Shown here: positions 40,343 to 50,378 of the stretch, piece after piece
How positions within the stretch are numbered: the stretch's first letter is position 1
Layout: every line of letters starts with the position of its first letter
From: Chloroflexota bacterium
Lineage (GTDB): Bacteria; Chloroflexota; Anaerolineae; UBA1429
Length of the DNA stretch: 64,000 nucleotides
Reading direction: 5' to 3'
Assembly (NCBI GenBank): GCA_036774405.1
Contig: DAIPBO010000015.1
Span: forward strand, 4,497-68,496
Translations under genes and position numbers: made by a program
Notes under the pieces: generated by a model
What the model was told of the DNA's origin: nothing
The model's input: the letters and a program-made list of their open reading frames with translations, nothing else
The model's database searches: none

Positions 40343-41926
40343 ATGGATCAGAACGTCTCACAGGCAAACCGCAAGTGCGGCATCTTGTGCCACCCCACGA
40401 GTGTCCCCGGTCCCTTTGGCATCGGCGATCTTGGCGATGGCAGCCTGCGCCTGCTCGACTTTATCGCGGCGGGTGGGCACAGCTATTGGCAGGTGCTGCC
40501 GCTGGGGCCCACTGGCTATATGGATTCGCCCTACCAGCCATTCTCGGCCTATGCCGGTAACCATCTGCTGATCGATCCCCTGGCGTTGGTGCGTGATGGG
40601 CTGCTCACGCCGGGCGATCTGGCCGGCAACGCCGAGCTCTCCGAGGATCGCGTCGACTATGGCGCCGTCATTGGCTACAAGATGGGCCTCTTTCAGCGGG
40701 CGCTCGAGCGGCTGGCTCAGGCGCCAAGTGAGCTGCGCGATGAGCTCGAGGCCTTTGCAGCCGACCATGGCGACTGGCTGCCCGATTACGCGCTCTTTAT
40801 GGCGCTCAAGCAGCACTATGGCGGTAGGCGGTGGCTCGAGTGGGACCGCGACATCGCCCTGCGCGAGCCCGAAGCCGTGCGCCGCTGGCAACTGGCCCTG
40901 GACAAGGATGTGCGCCTGCACGTACTGCTGCAGTTCCTCTTTCATCGGCAGTGGCAGGCGGTGCGCGCCTATGCGCACGGGCTGGGCATCAAGATCATCG
41001 GAGACGTGCCCATCTTTGTAGGACACGACAGCGTCGATGTGTGGGCCAACAGACGGCTGTTCCGCCTCGACGACGACGGCCGGCCCACGGTGGTAGCCGG
41101 CGTTCCGCCCGACTATTTTAGCGCGACGGGCCAGCTCTGGGGCAACCCGCACTATCGTTGGGACCTGATGGAGGCCGACGACTATCGCTGGTGGCTCGAT
41201 CGGCTCGAGCACACCCTCGAGCAGGTGGATCTGGTGCGCATCGACCACTTTCGCGGCTTTGCGGCCTATTGGGAGGTTCCCGCTGACGAGGACACGGCCA
41301 TGAATGGCCGCTGGGTGTTGGGGCCAGGCAAGAGCCTCTTTGAGGCCATCGCGGCGCGCTTTGGCAAACCGCCCATCATCGCCGAAGACCTGGGGGTGAT
41401 CACGCCCGATGTGGTGGCCATCCGCGATGGCTTTGGGCTGCCTGGCATGCATGTGCTGCAGTTCGCCTTTGATTCGGATGCCACCAACCCCGACCTGCCG
41501 CACAACTATCAACGCAACTGCATCGTCTACACCGGCACCCACGATAACGACACGAGTCTCGGCTGGTATGCGCAACGTGACGCCGCAGTGCAGCATCGCG
41601 CGCGGGTGTACACCGGTACAGACGGTTCGGCCATGAACTGGACACTCATGCGGCTTGCCATGACGTCGGTGGCCGACACCGCCATCTACCCCCTGCAAGA
41701 TGTGCTGAGCCTGGGTAGCGAAGCACGAATGAACCTGCCGGGCCGGCCCGAGGGCAACTGGTCCTGGCGCTTTCGAGCTGAGGATCTGCGGCCTGACCTG
41801 GCATCGCTGCTCCACGAGCTGGCTCGGGTGACGGGCCGCCTGCCGCTGGGCGCCGAGGCGCCCGAGGCCAAACCGGCGGACCGCGCTCGAGCCGACGACG
41901 TGCTCTACGAGCCCGTCCAAGCCTAA
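40343..41926 (+). CDS. malQ: 4-alpha-glucanotransferase (amylomaltase, GH77)
   Basis: GILCHPTS, WQVLPLGP, GDVPIFV, GVPPDYFS.TGQLWGNP, RIDHFRG, AEDLG, YTGTHDNDT. Confidence 0.96.
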   Translation: MDQNVSQANRKCGILCHPTSVPGPFGIGDLGDGSLRLLDFIAAGGHSYWQVLPLGPTGYMDSPYQPFSAYAGNHLLIDPLALVRDGLLTPGDLAGNAELSEDRVDYGAVIGYKMGLFQRALERLAQAPSELRDELEAFAADHGDWLPDYALFMALKQHYGGRRWLEWDRDIALREPEAVRRWQLALDKDVRLHVLLQFLFHRQWQAVRAYAHGLGIKIIGDVPIFVGHDSVDVWANRRLFRLDDDGRPTVVAGVPPDYFSATGQLWGNPHYRWDLMEADDYRWWLDRLEHTLEQVDLVRIDHFRGFAAYWEVPADEDTAMNGRWVLGPGKSLFEAIAARFGKPPIIAEDLGVITPDVVAIRDGFGLPGMHVLQFAFDSDATNPDLPHNYQRNCIVYTGTHDNDTSLGWYAQRDAAVQHRARVYTGTDGSAMNWTLMRLAMTSVADTAIYPLQDVLSLGSEARMNLPGRPEGNWSWRFRAEDLRPDLASLLHELARVTGRLPLGAEAPEAKPADRARADDVLYEPVQA

Positions 41927-41938
41927 CTGACGACCAGC

Positions 41939-41975
41939 GTGCAGTGCGCCACAGCCTGATTGTGGCGCACTGCAC
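41939..41975. repeat. Perfect 15-bp inverted repeat after malQ (probable terminator/stabiliser hairpin)
   Basis: GTGCAGTGCGCCACA-GCCTGAT-TGTGGCGCACTGCAC; no T-tract. Confidence 0.7.
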
Positions 41976-42085
41976 TGCCTCTCCGTCTCACGCGGGCCGC
42001 GTAGCGCTCGAAGGTCATGCCTAACCCGATTTGATCTGTATTGGCTAGATTCCTCGAAATTCCTCGTGCATTCGGCTGTTTATTG

Positions 42086-42094
42086 TGCTATTAT
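42086..42094 (+). promoter_or_regulatory. Putative extended -10 promoter upstream of giant DUF11 gene
   Basis: TG-C-TATTAT in an AT-richer patch about 310 bp before the ATG. Confidence 0.4.
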
Positions 42095-42406
42095 GGGGGC
42101 GCAACGCGATCCTAATCGTGCGCAGGGGTTTGGGGCCTCTTCGCCGATCGCCACAGGAGAGCAGCTATTGGTGTTGTTGGGCACCAGCTTGCACTCTGTG
42201 ACGGCCGGGGAAGGGGCCCTTGTCGTCTGTTAGCAGGGTTGGGCTCGCGTTCTGGTATTGATTTGGCGTGTTGTGCTTGGAATGCCTTTGTGGGAGCTTG
42301 GCGCTGCCGTCTCATCGACGGCCTCATGCTGTTTGTGGCTGAGGCTTCTAGTGAGACGGCAGCGCCCCACAGGGCGCAAGGGGAGGGAGAGAGAGGTGCA
42401 GAGGAC

Positions 42407-45400
42407 ATGAGTAAGCGTTCTTGGCGGAACCTGCTGCAGATCTTGTTGGTCATGCTGCTGGCCACGTCGAATCTGGCGTTCTCTATGCCAGCATCGGCAG
42501 ATGGCCCTAGCGATCTGCGGGCAGAAGCGGCTCTCGTAAGCGGTGGACTTGACGATACGACAGTGGCCGCAGGCACTACCGTGCGAATCGGTCTGGCCGC
42601 GTGGAACGATTCGCCAGACGGTCTCGATGCCGAGGGGGATGCAGAAGATGTGGGTATGTACCTATATCTACCCGAAGGCTTTGAGATCGTACCCGGGCCA
42701 GACTCGCCCACCAACGGGGCGGTGATGACCCAGATAGGCCCTCGCGCCTATTACTTTGCGTTAGGCGACATTGTGGCAGGCGGCTCCTTTGGTTTTGGTG
42801 TCGCTGTCGCCATTGCGCCCGACGCCGTCGCCGGGTCTGACGGGCATCTGCCTGTGGCCCTTACGGCGGCGGTCGACCCCGGTGGCCCCACGTTCTATGA
42901 CGTCAACACCGAGAACAACACCTACGCGGTAAACCTCACCGTGGTCGAGGACGCGCAGGATGTTTGGGTCGACCAGACCAGGCTCCCTGGGTCGGCGTTC
43001 GCTGGCGCCCCTAACGATTACGTACTGGGCGTGTTCAACGGCGGCCCGTCAGCAGCGCGCCAAGTAACCCTTGTTGACGAGTTGTCGCCCGATGAGACCT
43101 ACGTGTCGGTGGACTTTACCAAGGGCAGTGGTGAGTGCTCCTACCTGGCCAGCAGCCATACGCTCTTGTGCCGTCTGGGGACGGTGATGCCCAGCACCTT
43201 TATCGAGGGTGCTGAGGCCTATGACCCGACGGTGGAGATGGTCCTCCATACAGAGGTCAAGAGCAGTACAGCCGATGTAGCGACTATCACCAACAGCGCT
43301 ACGGTGGGCTGGTTGCACTGGGTGGGCCCCGGGCCGGATGACGAAGAGACCTTCGCGGCCGAGCCCGATCTGTTCGACACCTGGGTCGATCGTGACGTAT
43401 CGCTGCAGGTGAGCAAGGTCAGCAGCCCCAACCCGCTGACGGCCGGCGAGCGGCTCACCTATGACATTACCGTGACCAACAATGGCCCCAGTGACGCCGA
43501 CGGTGTAGAGCTCACCGAGGCACTGCCCTCGGGCGTCAGCTTTGTGGCCGCCTCTTTGGGCAGCGATTGGGCTGAGACGGTCCCCGGCAGCGCCTATGCA
43601 CTGACTCGGCCTCTTGCGGCCGGCGAGACGGTAGGGTTGAGTCTGGAGGCTGACACCACGGCGAACCTGTATGGCCAGCTATCGCCGGGCACCCCTGTGA
43701 TCACCAACAGCGTCTGCGTCACCTCGAACGAGATGATGAACGACAGCCAGGTGTGTGCCGATCAGGACACCCTGGTGACTGAGGCGGCAGACCTGGCCGT
43801 GTTCAAGGTCAGCAGCTCTGGCGGCCAGCTCTATGCAGGCCAGGAGCTCGAGTACACCATCCACGTCTACAACCGCGGCCCTTCGGCAGCTCGCGGAGTA
43901 AAGGTGGTTGACGATATCATCTCGGCGGCCGGTGTTTCGGTCCTCGACTGGGCTGTTGACGCGCCCACACCGAGCACGGTGACAGAGATCGGTGGCCAAC
44001 TCGAGATCGCCATCAACCGCATACCGGCCGGCCAACGCGCCGAGATCACTGTGCTGATCGGCGCCGAAGAGGCGACTAGCGTGACCAACGTGGTCAACGC
44101 CAGTGCGAACACCCCCGATCCGGATGTGACCAACAACACTGCCAGCACGACAGACGAGTTTGTCGCCTCCGCCGATCTTGGCATCTACACGGACGCTGAC
44201 CCGGTTATCATCACAGCAGGCAGTGTGGGGCGTTTCCTGATCGAGGTCTATAACGATGGCCCCTCCACGGCCAACAATGTCGTTGTCAAGAACAGGCTTC
44301 CGCAGGGAGTCGAGCTGCTATCGGTCGACGCCGGAGGGGGCCTGGGCTTGATAGGCGGCAATGCGCTGGGCGATGCGAACGACCCGGTGGTGGTTCCTCT
44401 GGGCGACCTCGCACCAGGCGAATATGCCTGGATTGACATCCTTGTGATGGTCGATCCGAACTATACCGACGCGCTGACCTACGACTTTTTGGGCTATGTC
44501 ATCAACAGCGCTGAGGTGTCGTCTGACACGTTCGACCCATTCAACGGCAACAATGCCGATTCTGCCCACGCGCTGGTCTTGGGCGAGGCCGACCTCGCGC
44601 TTACCAAGGGGCAGACGCCAGACCCGGTGGTTGCTGGCGAGATGGTCGAGTGGCCTATGGTGATCACCAACTATGGCCCCTCGGTGGCGCGCGACGTGCA
44701 GTTGCTCGACGCCCTCCCCGGCGAACTCGGCTTTGAAGAGGTCGTCTTGGTCTCGGGCGAGGCGCAGTGTCAATACAGCCACACGACCGGGCTGCTGGGC
44801 TGCGACCTGGGCGATATGTACCCGGGCGACAGCGTCAGCCTGATCGCACGCACGCACGTCAAGCCGCATGTCAGCGATGGCACAGTCATCGAGAACACGG
44901 CTACCGTGGGCTCGCGGCTGCTGCTCGAGCCGATCGACGGTTACCCTGGCACGCGCGATGACAATTTCGACAACAACGTGTCCAGCGATAGCGGCACCGT
45001 CCGCGTCCAATCCTGGGTCAACGTTACGATCGAGGCCACGCCAGACCCGGTGTTGGCGGGCCAAAAGATCCACTATCTCGTCACAGTGACCAATGATGGT
45101 CCTTCTATCGCCAGCGGCGCTGCAGTGAACGTCGGCCTGCCGGCGATGGTGGACTACTCTGCGTACTCTGGCCCCGAGTGGACGCTGGATGCGCCGCTCA
45201 GCTGGAGCACCGAGCGCATCCTCTTCCCCGGCGAGTCCTCGTCGTTCATGGTCGAGGGCATCGTGCGCTCAGAGACAACTGCCTGGGACTGGGAGGCCCC
45301 CGAGCCCGCAGTCGATCCGGCTGGCTCTGAGACGCTAGCGGTGGGAGCCTGCGCCCAGTGGAACGAGGCGCCGCTGTTTGAGGACCCCGACCTGGGCCTG

Positions 45401-48400
45401 GTGCCTTCCGAAAGTTGCACCAGCCTGGAGACCTTTGCCGACGAAGAGGCTGATCTCTACATCGTCAAAGTCGGCAGCCCCGAAGGCCAGGTGCCGGCGG
45501 GTGGCCAGATTGAGTACATCGTCTATGTGTACAACCTGGGCCCGTCTGATGCCCGCAACGTCGTAGTGACCGATAACGTGCTCGGCGCCGACTATCTCGA
45601 GACTGTTGATCTTCAAGTGATCGAGGGCGGCGGCTCGGTTAACAGCATCGCTGGGGTCGCCATTCAGGGCGAGACGGTGGTGCTGCCTGCTGGCCAGCGC
45701 TTTGGCTACAGGGTGGTGCTGAGCAGCGACGAAGCGGTCGACCTGCAGAACATTGCTCACGTCTCCTCAGACACGCCCGACCCAGACTGGTCGAACAATG
45801 ATGCCGCCACGTTCCACGAGTTCGTGGCGATGGCCGACTTGAGCATCACCAAGTCTCAAGCGGGCGGTATGATCCATATGGGTGAGGAGATCGTCTGGAA
45901 TATCGAGGTCTACAACTCCGGACCATCGGTTGCCCAGGATGTGGTGATCTATGACGCGCTGCCGGCTGGCGTCTCGCCCGCTCCGGGCCCCTGGTCTCCC
46001 GGCACGCCCGGCGATCCCAATGACCCCATGACCATCCCATTGGGCAATCTGAACCCCGGTGAGACTCGCGCGGTTCAAGTTGTCGTTCGCGTCGCTCCGG
46101 ACCTGGCCACGGGTGGAGGCTATATCGGCGTGCCCAGTATAGCCGAGATCTGGAACACCGCGAGGGTTGACAGCGTAACGGTTGACCCCAAAACGGCCAA
46201 CAACACGTCCAGCGCTTGGACCCCCTTGATGTCGGTGGCTGATCTGAGAGCGCAGATTCAGCCCAATCCAATAAATGCCGTCGCAGGCGAGTCCTTCGAG
46301 TTCCTGCTGAGCGTCGACAACGCAGGGCCCAGTGCGGCTATCGACAGCACAGTTTACCTTAACTGGGCGCCGTTAGCGCAAGTCGAGAGCATCACGCCCG
46401 TCGAGGGCACTTGGGACTGCGCGTCTACGCTCACTTCCGGCATGATGCAGTGCAACCTCGGCGATCTTGGTCCGCAGCAGGCATCTGTAGCGCTTGTGCG
46501 CATGCGTCTGCAGGCCGACCTACCTGATGGTATGTGGCTGCCAGTTCAGGCGTACGTCACGTCTTCCTGGTCAGCAGATTTCAACGGCTATAACAACATG
46601 GCGTCGGCGATAGTCTCTGTCTCTCGCATGACCAACCTCACGGTGACCCGTGAGACGTGGCCAGAGCCAGTGGTTGCTGGTGACAAGCTCTATCACAGCA
46701 TCACGGTGACCAATGAAGGCCCGTCGATGTCGTCAGGCATCGAGGTCACGCACAACTGGGATATGGCCAATCTGGAGCTGCTCGGTCAGACCGGCAGCGA
46801 GTGGGTGATGACCGAGCCAGACACCTGGCTTCTCAACCGCTGGCTGATGCCTGGCGATACCAGCACCTTTGTGCTCGAGTTCCGCGTCAAGCCTTCGACG
46901 GCCAATGTCACGGGCTCGTACGTGCTAAACAGCAGCACCTGCGTGACGGACGATGTGATGCCTGGCGAGGTATGCCCGCCCATCGAGCAGACGTTTGTCG
47001 ACGAGCAGGCCGATCTCAGGCTGATCAAGGTCGGCACGCCCAACCAGACGGTGCGAGCCGGCGAAGAGCTTCAGTATGCGATCTTTGTCTACAACCTGGG
47101 GCTGTCTGACGCGCGCAACGTGGTGGTGACGGACGAGATCCTCTCAAATGGCCAGTTCAGCGATCCGGTGTTCGCGAGCCAGGGCTATGACTGCACCGTG
47201 GACGGCGGCGAGATCGTCTGCGACGTGGCGGTGCACCCTGCCGGGCAGCGTGAAACGATCTGGATCACCGTTACAGCCAACGAAGAGGTCGCCGTCAACA
47301 ACCTGTCTTGCGTCGCCAGTGATACGCCAGACCCTGACGCAGACAACAACTGCGCCATGGTGCTGACGTCGGTCGTGCCTGTGGCCGATCTATCGGTTCA
47401 CAAGACGCCGCTAGATCAGGGCCCCTGGATCGCGGGTACAGAAGCTGGCTTCCGTATCGAAGTGACCAATAACGGACCCTCTACGGCCGAGAACGTGGTC
47501 ATCGAAGACTTTTTGCCGGCGTATGTTACCGTGCTCGAGACGGTGCCGGCGGGCAACTATACCGCCGGTGTTCCGGGCGACCCGAACGCGCCGATGGTCA
47601 TCCCTGTGGGCAGTCTGGAGGCTGGCCAGACCTGGGAGGTCGAGGTCTACCTGCAGATTGACGCAGGCTATCCGTTCGATCCAGCGCTGAATGGCGAGTT
47701 CCTGACCAATGACGTCAGAGTGTCGAGCGACGTGTTCGATCCCGATATCAGCAGCAACCACAACTCGGCGGTGCTGTTGGTCGAGCCGTTCTCACAGTTG
47801 ATCGTGTCCAAGAGCGCAACGCCAGGGGAGGCCATGGCCGGCGAGCCGCTCGAGTATGCCATCACTGTGATGAACGCTGGGCCTTCAGTTGCCCACGGTG
47901 TGACGGTTATCGACTCCTTCGATGACGAGATGCTCACCTTTGTTGACTATGAGGTCGGCCTGGGTGAGGGGCGCTGCTTCTATGATGCCACACATCAAGA
48001 GGTGCTCTGCGACCTCGGTGACATCGAGCCTAACACCGTGCGCGAGATCTACCTCACCTTCCTGGTGAGCCCTGATGCACCCGATGGGTATCTGCTCTGG
48101 AACCAGGCAGATCTGATGACAGTGTCCAGCGTAGAGTTCGAGGGCGCCAACGTTGAGGTGCCGGTCATCAATAACGCTGATCTGCAGGTGACCAAGTCGG
48201 CCGACAAGATGCAAGTCTATGCCGGCCAGCAGCTCACCTACACAATCGACGTGGTGAACCATGGCCCAACCAGTGCGGTGGGCGTGCAGGTTGTCGATAC
48301 GTTGCCCGGAGGGGTGACGTATGTGAACGACAACCTCGGCAGCTGCAGTCTTGAGGATGCCGAACTCACCTGCGATCTGGGCGACCTGCCCGTGGGGCAG

Positions 48401-50302
48401 AGTGTGAGCTTTGACGTGCTGGTGACGGTGAACGCCGACACCATCGAGCCCATCATCAACGTGGCCTCGGTTTCGAGCGACACGGTTGATCTGGACAGCG
48501 ACAACAACGAATCTGCCGTCACTACACCGGTCGATGGCTTTGCAGACCTGCGAGCCATCAAGTTCGGTAAACCCGAGGCGTTTGTGCGGGCTGGTGAGGA
48601 GCTGACCTACACGATCCTGGTCGACAACCTGGGCACGGGCGTGGCTCATGGCGTCAAGCTGGTCGATAGCCTCGATTCTAACGGGGTGTTCGAGCTGCAG
48701 AGCGTCGAGTCTAGCCTGCCGGTGGTTGAGGATTTGGCGTCTCTGCAGCAGCAGTTCACCAAGAGCGGCAGCTTTACGCTGACGCTTGCTGATGATCTGC
48801 CCATCACCTTGGGGCAAGCGCCGTGGCGCATCACCACGATCGTCATGGCTAATGACGATCAGACCATCAACAACTGCGTGGTGGTCAGCGGCGACGACTT
48901 TGATCCCGATGTGGAGAACAACCGCGCCTGCGCCGAGCACGACATCACCAATGTCGCTGATCTGGGCGTAGACAAGACCGCGGTCGGCGAATCGCAGATC
49001 ATGGGAGAGCCCGCTGGCACCGTCGAGCTGACCGAAGGCCGTGTGACGGCTGGCCAAGCCCTGTTCTACTCGATTACGGTGACCAATAGCGGGCCGTCAA
49101 TCGCAGAGAACGTGGTGGTGCATGATGATCTGCCGGTCGGCGTCGAGTTCGTCGAGGCGGATCCGGCCGCTGATACGAGCCAACTGCCTGGCAAGTTGAT
49201 CTGGAATCTCGGCTCGCTCGCCAGCGGTGATGTGGTCGAGATCGAGGTCAAGGTGTTGGTGCCCGCGCACGTGCCGCAAAGCACCGTGTTGCGGAACACC
49301 GCGGCAGTGATGAGCGACATCTTTGACCAGAACAACAGCAACAACACCGCCTCGGCAGAGGCCATCGTCGAAGCGTATGCGGACATCGTTCTCACCAAGT
49401 GGAGCGAGCCCGAGACGGCGATCTTTGGGAACGACATCGAGTACCACATCGTCGTCGAGAACCTGGGCCCCAGCGATGCTGGTCTCGTCAGGATCAGCGA
49501 TCTGCTGCCCGAGGGTATCGATGGCGAAAAGTGGGAGTACACCACCGATGCTGGCCTCACCTTCACCAGGGGCTATGGCAACGTCAATGTCACGCTTGAC
49601 ATGCCCGTGGGCCAGGTGGTCCAGATGGGCGTCACAGGTATTGTGAATACCTACGCGACGTTCACCAACACGGCGTGCGCCAGCTCCAGAGAGGTGGTCG
49701 ACCCTGTGGCAGATAACAACTGCGACCAGGTCGAGAACCGCCAGACGCTGGTGTTCTATCCCATCGAGATGCGCGGCACAACCAACACCTCGCATCGCGC
49801 CGACATCACCGTCTCCAAGATCGTGGCCACGCCAAGCTATGTCGAGGTCACGGTCACCAACGTCGGCAACCGGCCGTTGCTCGAGCCGTTCTGGGTGGAC
49901 TTTTACGTCAGCCCCGATCCGGTCCCGACGGCTGTGAACCAGATCTGGGAGAACCTGTGCGCGCCTGGCATGGGCTGGGCGTGGCGCGTGACGGGCGATG
50001 ACGGCCTGCCGCTAGACCCCGGCGAAAGCCTGGTGCTGGTGGTTGACGACACCGACAGCGATCTCTTCCCGCTGGCGCAGGGCCTGACGGTCTGGGCGCA
50101 GGCTGACTCGTGGAATCCCAACTCTGAATGGGGTATGGTCCTCGAGCAGGACGAGATCCAGGGTCTGCCATACAACAACATCCGCTGGTCGACGGTCGGG
50201 CGGGTCTGGGGCTATGACGGGATCGCTCGCACGAGCGACGACGTCATCCGCTCTGGCGCCCTCTCGAGCGCCGCAGCCGATGGGTTGCCTCCGCGCCCCT
50301 AG
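42407..50302 (+). CDS. Giant secreted DUF11-repeat surface protein (2,631 aa) with C-terminal CARDB-like domain
   Basis: Sec signal MSKRSWRNLLQILLVMLLATSNLAFSMPASA; about 18 units of DL...K...AG..L.Y.I.V.N.GPS.A..V.D.L...NN.A; strongly acidic. Confidence 0.9.
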   Translation: MSKRSWRNLLQILLVMLLATSNLAFSMPASADGPSDLRAEAALVSGGLDDTTVAAGTTVRIGLAAWNDSPDGLDAEGDAEDVGMYLYLPEGFEIVPGPDSPTNGAVMTQIGPRAYYFALGDIVAGGSFGFGVAVAIAPDAVAGSDGHLPVALTAAVDPGGPTFYDVNTENNTYAVNLTVVEDAQDVWVDQTRLPGSAFAGAPNDYVLGVFNGGPSAARQVTLVDELSPDETYVSVDFTKGSGECSYLASSHTLLCRLGTVMPSTFIEGAEAYDPTVEMVLHTEVKSSTADVATITNSATVGWLHWVGPGPDDEETFAAEPDLFDTWVDRDVSLQVSKVSSPNPLTAGERLTYDITVTNNGPSDADGVELTEALPSGVSFVAASLGSDWAETVPGSAYALTRPLAAGETVGLSLEADTTANLYGQLSPGTPVITNSVCVTSNEMMNDSQVCADQDTLVTEAADLAVFKVSSSGGQLYAGQELEYTIHVYNRGPSAARGVKVVDDIISAAGVSVLDWAVDAPTPSTVTEIGGQLEIAINRIPAGQRAEITVLIGAEEATSVTNVVNASANTPDPDVTNNTASTTDEFVASADLGIYTDADPVIITAGSVGRFLIEVYNDGPSTANNVVVKNRLPQGVELLSVDAGGGLGLIGGNALGDANDPVVVPLGDLAPGEYAWIDILVMVDPNYTDALTYDFLGYVINSAEVSSDTFDPFNGNNADSAHALVLGEADLALTKGQTPDPVVAGEMVEWPMVITNYGPSVARDVQLLDALPGELGFEEVVLVSGEAQCQYSHTTGLLGCDLGDMYPGDSVSLIARTHVKPHVSDGTVIENTATVGSRLLLEPIDGYPGTRDDNFDNNVSSDSGTVRVQSWVNVTIEATPDPVLAGQKIHYLVTVTNDGPSIASGAAVNVGLPAMVDYSAYSGPEWTLDAPLSWSTERILFPGESSSFMVEGIVRSETTAWDWEAPEPAVDPAGSETLAVGACAQWNEAPLFEDPDLGLVPSESCTSLETFADEEADLYIVKVGSPEGQVPAGGQIEYIVYVYNLGPSDARNVVVTDNVLGADYLETVDLQVIEGGGSVNSIAGVAIQGETVVLPAGQRFGYRVVLSSDEAVDLQNIAHVSSDTPDPDWSNNDAATFHEFVAMADLSITKSQAGGMIHMGEEIVWNIEVYNSGPSVAQDVVIYDALPAGVSPAPGPWSPGTPGDPNDPMTIPLGNLNPGETRAVQVVVRVAPDLATGGGYIGVPSIAEIWNTARVDSVTVDPKTANNTSSAWTPLMSVADLRAQIQPNPINAVAGESFEFLLSVDNAGPSAAIDSTVYLNWAPLAQVESITPVEGTWDCASTLTSGMMQCNLGDLGPQQASVALVRMRLQADLPDGMWLPVQAYVTSSWSADFNGYNNMASAIVSVSRMTNLTVTRETWPEPVVAGDKLYHSITVTNEGPSMSSGIEVTHNWDMANLELLGQTGSEWVMTEPDTWLLNRWLMPGDTSTFVLEFRVKPSTANVTGSYVLNSSTCVTDDVMPGEVCPPIEQTFVDEQADLRLIKVGTPNQTVRAGEELQYAIFVYNLGLSDARNVVVTDEILSNGQFSDPVFASQGYDCTVDGGEIVCDVAVHPAGQRETIWITVTANEEVAVNNLSCVASDTPDPDADNNCAMVLTSVVPVADLSVHKTPLDQGPWIAGTEAGFRIEVTNNGPSTAENVVIEDFLPAYVTVLETVPAGNYTAGVPGDPNAPMVIPVGSLEAGQTWEVEVYLQIDAGYPFDPALNGEFLTNDVRVSSDVFDPDISSNHNSAVLLVEPFSQLIVSKSATPGEAMAGEPLEYAITVMNAGPSVAHGVTVIDSFDDEMLTFVDYEVGLGEGRCFYDATHQEVLCDLGDIEPNTVREIYLTFLVSPDAPDGYLLWNQADLMTVSSVEFEGANVEVPVINNADLQVTKSADKMQVYAGQQLTYTIDVVNHGPTSAVGVQVVDTLPGGVTYVNDNLGSCSLEDAELTCDLGDLPVGQSVSFDVLVTVNADTIEPIINVASVSSDTVDLDSDNNESAVTTPVDGFADLRAIKFGKPEAFVRAGEELTYTILVDNLGTGVAHGVKLVDSLDSNGVFELQSVESSLPVVEDLASLQQQFTKSGSFTLTLADDLPITLGQAPWRITTIVMANDDQTINNCVVVSGDDFDPDVENNRACAEHDITNVADLGVDKTAVGESQIMGEPAGTVELTEGRVTAGQALFYSITVTNSGPSIAENVVVHDDLPVGVEFVEADPAADTSQLPGKLIWNLGSLASGDVVEIEVKVLVPAHVPQSTVLRNTAAVMSDIFDQNNSNNTASAEAIVEAYADIVLTKWSEPETAIFGNDIEYHIVVENLGPSDAGLVRISDLLPEGIDGEKWEYTTDAGLTFTRGYGNVNVTLDMPVGQVVQMGVTGIVNTYATFTNTACASSREVVDPVADNNCDQVENRQTLVFYPIEMRGTTNTSHRADITVSKIVATPSYVEVTVTNVGNRPLLEPFWVDFYVSPDPVPTAVNQIWENLCAPGMGWAWRVTGDDGLPLDPGESLVLVVDDTDSDLFPLAQGLTVWAQADSWNPNSEWGMVLEQDEIQGLPYNNIRWSTVGRVWGYDGIARTSDDVIRSGALSSAAADGLPPRP

Positions 50303-50331
50303 TGGCGTGAGCGACTGACTCTCAAGAAAAC

Positions 50332-50365
50332 ACAGCGCGCCTGGCTCATCAGCCAGGCGCGCTGT
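50332..50365. terminator. Likely bidirectional terminator between convergent genes
   Basis: Perfect 15-bp stem ACAGCGCGCCTGGCT-CATC-AGCCAGGCGCGCTGT; the AAGAAAA upstream reads as a U-tract on the minus strand. Confidence 0.75.
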
Positions 50366-50378
50366 TGCCTGCGAGTGC

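Noticed and set aside
40358-41920. 520-aa minus-strand ORF
   Set aside because: Codon-phase mirror of malQ; no recognisable domain
42239-42406. Extra 56 N-terminal residues on the DUF11 ORF
   Set aside because: The signal peptide and RBS (GAGGA) point to ATG 42407
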